Shown piece after piece: positions 8,447-14,880 of a stretch of DNA of 14,880 bases. Position 1 is the stretch's first letter. Each line of letters starts with the position of its first letter. The stretch comes from Vitrella brassicaformis CCMP3155. Lineage: Eukaryota > Protista > Chromerida. The translations under genes were made by a program, and so were the position numbers. The stretch is taken from positions 1 to 14,880 of the forward strand of contig CDMY01000863.1 in the NCBI GenBank assembly GCA_001179505.1. The letters are read 5' to 3'. The notes under the pieces are model-generated. The model saw nothing but the letters and a program-made list of their open reading frames with translations. It was not told the origin of the DNA and did no database searches.

Positions 8447-9764
8447 TTGGCCTTGGCGAGGGCGCCATGGAATAAAAGACCGTTTGGTGTCTTTCCGCCA
8501 CCGCTCCAGCCCGTCATGCCCCACGTCGTCACAGCTCCATCCCGTCCAGTCCACAGTTGTCCTCGCTGCGAGAACCTACCGGGATGCCGCTTGCGGACGC
8601 CTTGCCGTCCCAGGATTGCCACTGTTGTTCCCATTTGCACGTGCCGGGGTACGTGCCGGGCAGACAGCACCCTTCCCTTGCTCGACTGCCGCGAGGAGCT
8701 CGTGCTGTACATCGGCAAAACGTCGCGCCAGGCAACCCGCGATGCCTCCCGGATACTCAAGGCACCCATTACCGACAACTGCCCGTCGCCCTCACACGCA
8801 CTACTGCGGCGACGCTGGCAGAAAGGCATTGTCAGCAAAATCGACTTCACTTTCGATGACGTTGGCGACAGCGGATGCGTCGGACCCTCGGAACAGGGTT
8901 CCCGTCGTCAGTGAGTCCGACCGTCGCCAGAACACTTGGGTCGATACCCTGCAGCCAGCAGCGCATTGAATAGAGACAGCTCGGCTCCAGAAGTCCACAC
9001 TCTGCGCTGGCGGCTTACCGCGTCCTCTGTGTCCCCATCGGGTGATGTGATGAGGGAAAACATAGAATGCTCTGTCTGGCAGTCTTGAAGAGTGCGCGGT
9101 GTCCCTGAACGTCGGGCGGGACGAGTCGATGTGGGCTTTTAAGGCGAAGCTGCAGCACAAAGAGGGCATCCCCTCCAATACTTAAGTGGCCGTCATGGTT
9201 TCGAAGCAAGCACCGATGTGTCGGGAGCTGTCGATGCTAACAGGTATGGATGAAATGGCGCCAGGCCTGTCGAAGCCTGGGATGGTAAAGAGCATGCTCA
9301 AGCTGGTGGGCGAGGTGACGAACGCCTTTGAAAACATGGCAGTGCTCATCAATATCCTGCTGGCCAGGGCTTGTGTTGCCAGGGTTTGCTTGTATTACAA
9401 GCAGACGAGACAGCAACACAATCCTTCCACTGCATACACACGTCTGAATCATGTGTATGTACGTTCGTGTGCACTCTGGCGATAGAGACACGTGGCGAAA
9501 CAGGCACACGTTGACCTGTCGTCCGCACACGTCAGGCAAACACTCATGTATGAGTCAATAAGGCGCAAACAAGCACGCGAATACGAAAGAGTGGGAAGGA
9601 AATGGGGGGAGGAAGACACAGCGCTGATTGGCATGGTTCCATTCACTTACTGCGAGCAAACGCTGTGTGGACAAGGCAAGGCATGGGTGCGATCGGTCAA
9701 TCTCTCTCAAGCTAGCTCGCTTTCTGAAGAAGAAACACTGGCTACTGTTACTGCCCTCCGTTAG
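8447..9764 (+). pseudogene. Spliced gene with a ubiquitin-like (Ubl) domain and one in-frame stop; 5' boundary uncertain
   Basis: Exon ending at 8910 (CA|GTGAGT) joins in phase to 9083 (CTGGCAG|). This gives LNVGRDESMWAFKAKLQHKEGIPSNT*VAVMVSKQ, which aligns without gaps to ubiquitin [35 protein letters not shown], with TAA (9183-9185) at the Q position. A further phase-2 intron (9455-9535, GTATGT..GTCAG) joins to ORF 9492..9764. Confidence 0.62.
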
Positions 9765-9802
9765 AACGCAGAAGGCGCTACTCACACCCCACACGGATAT
9801 CA

Positions 9803-12253
9803 TCACACACCTGCCCCATTCACTATCTTCCTTGTGCTTGTCGGGCCCCCTGATCTCCAATTGGCCTTCCTTACCACCATCAACACATCAGACGAGCCAA
9901 TACGTGACGCCTCGGGTACCGGGATGGACATTTTCCTGCTTATCTCTCCATCAATCAAGTCAGCCATGACCACTCCCCCATAAGTAAGATCGCCGCCTGT
10001 CTTGGGGTTCCAATACTGGATGGAGTACGTAGTCTTCCCGACAACAGTGAGTTCTACTGTTGTCGTATTGGTAAAAGTGTAGACGAGGTAGATGTCGCCC
10101 TCTTTGGCGAAGACGAAGTCGTCTTTTTGCTCCGTCAGGTGATTACTGCCAGTCATTCCCCAGAAGGGGATGCGATTGTCCTTCATGAATCGCCAGGCAA
10201 GATTTACCTGCGTGAACATTGTGTCACGGCTTCGAAAGTCTTCACAGGTCATGTCCGAGCACGTCGAGTATGGGACGTCCTCCCTATCGCCATTGCCAAT
10301 CGTCGGGCCTTTCTCGCCCGTTTGATGCCTGCGAAAACCCCAACCAAAATAGAACTCGACGCCGGACCCTCCAGCCATCAGTGTGCCCCACAACACGTTG
10401 GTTCTGATGAAGTCATGATTGGGGTCATTCAAATCGATGTCCACGCCTGAGTAAGGAAAGCAGGCTGGATTCGGGTGGATTCGGGAAGCGAAGAAACGGT
10501 CATGGTACCAAGCCAGCTCAGCCCTTGCTCGTCATTCGACACAACAAAGGGGTTTGCGCTTCCGGCTGATTTGGCGATCCACTCTGCTACCTCGGCGTTG
10601 ATCTGCTCAGGGAACTTGCACTGAAGAGACGCCCCTGTTCTGAAATGAGCCACAACGCAGCCAATGAGGAAATCCAGACAACATACAGAGCTTCATCCGT
10701 TTTACACTTTGCTGGTATCGCTGCGAATCAGCGCGGGGTAGACCTTTTCCTTCCAATCAGGGTAGGTGTGTACATCTATCGGGTGGTCGTACGGGTCAAC
10801 ACTTCTGATAGAGTCAGCCGCTGCGAGCAGTAACGACGTCGGCATCTTAGTCTCTTCACCTAAATTCCACACGAGTTGGGGATGGTGGCCAAAGCGAGCA
10901 ACTAACTCCCGGTAATAGACCGCCCTCCGCACAGTAAAGTGCTTCTTGCCGTGGATAAATTCGTTCTCTGTCTCTTGCGTCTTCACGTGCAATCCAATAC
11001 CCTTCTGCGTCGCGTGCTCGAATGCGATCTCCCATTGGTCGGTCTTGCTCACATCGATTCGAAAGGAGGACTCGCTAGTGTAAGGGAATACATTGCCGTC
11101 GTCGCCTGTATTTTTCCATCACCGAGTGCCAACAACGACACCATGTGCACATGAGATCATGCCCGTCTGTGCGCGATGTGACCTTGCACGTTGTATGTGA
11201 GGAAGACATCATGTTGAGACCTTTGGAAGCTAAATAGTTGATGGCGCCAATCAGCCCCTTTCCCTTCCCATTGGCCCAAGTGGGGTTGCCCTGAATCTAA
11301 TTGGAGAAGCCATCTGGCACCAACGTGGATTTCTTACGTTCCTCCAATCTTTCGTGTGGTTCTTATATTGCTTCCGCAAGTCTACACAAGCAACAGCACG
11401 TCTATCTGTACTGTCTCGAGCTGATGTGCCGTTGAACCAGCCCGACCAAGATGGTTGGGAGTGTTATCAAAATCGTCGTAGGCAAGCAGGTTCTCCGGCG
11501 AGTCGGTGCCTATCTTCAAAAAATATTCTTCGCTTCCCTGGGAGCAGCACAAGTAGACAAGGCAACACGTGGTTTCACGTGCTGCGTGCAGTCTCCCTTC
11601 CTCCCTTCCTCCCTTTCCCAGTTTGCATTCATACTTACCGCCAACCAGAGATACCTCTTGCCCACGTATTGGAGGAGTCCCTTGACCCGCCCATCCCTGC
11701 CCGTCTTGTCAGAGGGCTTCACCAGAAATTCGCCCTCATAGCCGTCCATGTAGCCTGCAGACTTCCCCGGCAACGTCGGGTCCAATATGATATTCTTTCC
11801 TCTGCGAAATGCCACACTATAGCGCCACCGCCCGACATGGGGAGGTGTGAAATGGCAGCGCCATTTGTTGCCTCCTGTGGCCCCGGTGTTGGCTGCACTG
11901 CCGTCTGCGGCAAAATAGCCAGGTACTGTGTAAGTCCGATCGCCGCTTGCCCCAATGTGGGTGAGGTTGACAGTGAGGCGGTAATATGAAAAAGGGCTGG
12001 GCATAGCTGCCTCCTTTGTCGCTGGGCCCGAGAAGGTGAACGTCAGCTTGTGCCATTGCTTCTGCAGCATGTGACGCAACAGTCAATAAGCTGTGCTGTT
12101 GATTGACTGTGTCCTCAACCTGACCATTTCGCCAGTGGCTTTGAGAGTGGTGACGGAAGTGAGCGTCTGCGACTTGACCAGAAAGGGCAAGAGGCACAGC
12201 AAAAGCGCTAGGAGGGTGTAGCATCTTTCGGCGTTCGTCCTGTCAATACACAT
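9803..12253 (-). CDS. Secreted DUF5060-domain protein (bacterial-type putative carbohydrate-active protein, with TIM-barrel-like middle and C-terminal collagen-binding-like region); one frameshift, so possibly a pseudogene
   Basis: Exons 12253-12125, 12061-11639, 11537-11447, 11381-11338, 11290-11183, 11105-10706, 10639-10509, 10446-9803. Motifs: signal peptide ([16 protein letters not shown]), [121 protein letters not shown] 1-nt deletion near 11204 (ATG TC TTC CTC) breaks exon 5. Confidence 0.85.
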
Positions 12254-12343
12254 ATCGCGAAGATGTATGATCGGTGTACGACGCCTGATGCTGTATCGGC
12301 AATACACAACGAATTCGAGTGGAAACATTGCCGTTTTTTAATA

Positions 12344-13398
12344 CAGGACCGCGTAAGTGGGTCACCGCATGAGCGGGTCAGTTGCGTATGTGGGTCAGCC
12401 CATCCCGATCGCTCCGTACACAGTCAAAAACGGACCGGACAACCGGGTCACCTCCCAAAGAGACTCAAATCAGCCATCCAAACCGACCATTCATGGCTCA
12501 AAATGACCGCAAGACGATGAAGAACCTCTCTGTGAAAGAGCGGACCGATGAAAGTGTGATCCCATCGAGAAATACAGACATTTTGATTGTCTATCTTCTG
12601 AGACGAATCATTCTGATGGTGATTCGCGACGAAAAGGCGAGTTTGCTTGGCGAGGTTGAGTCACGATGTAAACGGAAGAGCGGCTGCTTCACGTCGAGGC
12701 ACGAAGACCCATTTGTGACAAACAAGAGAGGGTGGTCAACAGAGTCACCTGAGGCGTCTGGCGTCATTCATCCAGCCGAACACACGTTTGTGCAGCCATG
12801 ATGTGTTCGGCATGTTCCTCCTCAGTCATTCCATGCATGATGCATCACTTCGCCCTCCGCCCTCCCACCCACCTCATCCGCCCACCCGCTCATCGTGAGA
12901 GCGATTTGATGGCCATTTCGACTGATGCATTCACTGCTGCAGGCGGCGGGGCGGCATGATTTATGTGATTTGCTTCCTGTTATGCTTGCTGTTCATGCCT
13001 TTCGTGCCATCATGGGCCCATTAGACACCGTTGATGACGCCAAGTGCATGTGTTGACGACGAATCTTCTTACAAAATCACTCAGGCTGCATCACTTTGCG
13101 TGGCGTGTGTGGAGATCAACGATGAATCAAACATTCGGAGACATCCAAGGGCTCTCGCAGCCATCCAAGGACTGATTAAATGAATGAGAGGACAGACCGG
13201 TTTTTCGTCGTTTTGAGTGACTTTGAGCAAGAGAAAAAGAGTCAATGGGCTTCTGAGAGGCTCCTGTGATTCATTCACAGCAAGATATCACTCCAAAAGT
13301 CGCTGGAAAACAAGTGGGTCAGCTCTGCAGTACGTATAAGCGGGTCAAACGCGTAAGTGGGTCAACCCTGTACTGACCCACTTACGCGGTCCGGACTG
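12344..13398. mobile_element. Non-autonomous IS630-Tc1-mariner-type DNA transposon (MITE-like, ~1.05 kb)
   Basis: Right end TGACCCACTTACGCGGTCCGGACTG|TA; left end TA|CAGGACCGCGTAAGTGGGTCA. The two share a 19-bp perfect inverted match (12346-12364 / 13374-13392), and the left TIR lacks 4 nt. TA on both flanks (12342-43, 13399-400), CAG(T) termini, GGGTCA subterminal repeats at both ends. No transposase is recognisable. Confidence 0.75.
13350..13388. repeat. Perfect 15-bp inverted repeat with 9-nt loop (CGCGTAAGTGGGTCA-accctgtac-TGACCCACTTACGCG)
   Basis: Directly visible; the right arm is part of the element's right TIR. Confidence 0.92.
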
Positions 13399-13475
13399 TA
13401 TGCACTCTTGATATCACTGAGTGGACGTGTTGCTCATCGGTAAGATATGCACTCTTGGTGTCACTGAGTGGACGT
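13399..13475 (+). repeat. Two 30-bp direct repeats (TATGCACTCTTGRTRTCACTGAGTGGACGT), period 47
   Basis: Copies at 13399-13428 and 13446-13475, differing by two A/G transitions. Confidence 0.88.
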
Positions 13476-14179
13476 TCTCATGGCATGCGCTTCCCCGCTG
13501 AGTGAACCTCTAAAGGAGGCACGCACTCTTCGTTAGTGAGTCTGCATTTGCAAATCAGCCCCTTCACCGGAGTGCTTTAGAGTCAGATGTGCCCTCCCTT
13601 AATAAGCGACGTCTTGGCCTCAGTGGGTGAGTATCCCGAGGGAGACACGTCCTTGGTAAGTGAGTTTCAAACCCGTTGTGTCCCTCCCTTCCGAAAGGGC
13701 CCTTGTGATCCGTAGAAGTTAGTGAAAGAGTTTTCCTAAGGCGACTGTGTTGCTGTCGAGGCACAATTGTGCCCGCAATGAGAAAAAAGATATGCCAAGA
13801 GGGGGGAACCTGCCTTATCGCTGAAGGGGCCCCACCCAGTGAGTGCAGTCTCACGGGTAACTGTGTCTCATTGATGAGGCCACCTATTTTGCTCTGCGTG
13901 TCCCTTTGGGCATTCTCCCTTCTCTACCCCTCTGGTTCTCGGGCATTCTGAGTGAGTCTCCATTTTGTTGCCGCTTTCTTTCTCGCGGTGTCTGTGTCCG
14001 ATGTGCTATGAGTAATACCACAAAGCTCGAGGATACTGGATGAAGTGTTACTGGTGAGTGAGAGTGGGTGTTTGATTGGGTGTGAAGGTTTCTGTTACTG
14101 AAGGCTCAAGCTATCTCTGTTCGCACACACGGGGGACTGCTCTTATCAACGACTGACTGTCTGTCGCACGGACGGGCAC

Positions 14180-14225
14180 AACAAACGAATGAACGAACGA
14201 TCGGACGACGAACAACGAACGAACG
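14180..14225 (+). repeat. Imperfect (AACG)n low-complexity tract
   Basis: ACAAACGAATGAACGAACGATCGGACGACGAACAACGAACGAACG is directly visible. Confidence 0.75.
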
Positions 14226-14880
14226 CACGGACACACACTCCTCACACACGATGCACACACCTAGCTCTTGCTCAGAACAACTGGTCTGAATCTGCCTGTC
14301 CTGACGATGGGAATCAACACAGGGAGGTCGAAACGATGAAAAACGAATGAAACAACTGCTGCACACTGGATGTCGGCAATTGGCGATGAGGTCCAAGGGG
14401 TGATTCTCTAGGGTTCCTGGGGTTTGTCGTAGGGGTGCTTCCGAAGCTGCCCTCGTATGAGGATTGCGAGAGGCGGGGTGCTTTGAAGCACCCCGCAGTA
14501 TGAATGATTGTTTGTAGGGCACCTTCTTCGAAATTAGGGGTGCTTCCGTTCTGTCCCATCGTGAAACCAAAAGGAAGGGCACATCGAGGACACGGGAAGA
14601 CGTACGCTTCCCTCCCTTTTCTAGCGAAGTGTTTCTCTATGAGGATCGAATCAATCAGTCACAATTCTCATCAATGGATTCAGATACAGTAAGTATCGCA
14701 TAAAGCAATCAGTACAGGGGTGATAGTGGAAACTGTCATTAACCGTAACACTCGTCTGTGTGTCCGTGATACTCATACAAATACAGTCCCATCAGCACGC
14801 AGACTCAAACAGGCTCAAGGGGAGGAGGGATCAATCCCCGCCCCATCAGCACACCCCAGTCCCGCAAACCCTCCCCTCCC

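Noticed and set aside
7647-8501. ORF 7647..8501 as a single 284-aa protein
   Set aside because: It reads through a (CT)n intron and a second in-frame intron; only 7829-8195 is supported as an exon.
8680-8760. GIY-YIG nuclease or Penelope-like element from LVLYIGKTSR
   Set aside because: The upstream GIY-type strand and downstream R..EH motif are missing, and the exon splices to a Ubl domain. A five-residue match is insufficient.
128-9185. Alternative genetic code (TAA/TAG = Gln, TGA = Trp), since some in-frame stops fall where Q or W is expected
   Set aside because: Long exons of ASST and DUF5060 encode many Q and W only with CAR and TGG, and frameshifts accompany the stops. Mutational decay explains the pattern more simply.
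12382-13278. Transposase within the TA-flanked element (ORFs 12382..12801 and 13081..13278)
   Set aside because: No HTH or DDE/D motifs recognisable; the ORFs are short and of non-coding composition.
13399-13475. CRISPR-like array
   Set aside because: Only two 30-bp copies with a 17-bp spacer, a eukaryotic context and no cas genes.
14782-14880. Second Tc1/mariner-type end at TA|CAGTCCC (14784)
   Set aside because: Only six bases match the TIR above, and no partner end is in the window.

Overview
Intron-rich, GC-rich eukaryotic DNA with short GT-AG introns and CA/GA microsatellites. The style is chromerid/alveolate-like (Vitrella-type), but that is inference only. From left to right: (1) 1-~4490, minus strand: a decayed DIRS-group tyrosine-recombinase retrotransposon (gag, then RT/RNase H/MT-like, then YR) running off the left edge. 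Its RT core is deleted in frame, it carries four in-frame stops, and its gag appears to contain two sense-oriented spliceosomal introns. (2) ~4728-7710, plus: a multi-exon secreted arylsulfotransferase (ASST)-family pseudogene spanning a 300-N gap. (3) ~7750-8195, minus: a GH3 N-terminal fragment meeting the ASST tail-to-tail, both apparently truncated. (4) ~8450-9764, plus: a spliced pseudogene with a ubiquitin-like domain that the ORF track misses. (5) 12253-9803, minus: an 8-exon secreted DUF5060-type protein of bacterial character with one frameshift. (6) 12344-13398: a TA-flanked non-autonomous Tc1/mariner-type element with GGGTCA subterminal repeats, ~90 bp upstream of the DUF5060 ATG. 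The rest is non-coding or unresolved. All family calls come from motif recognition by eye; no database search was run.
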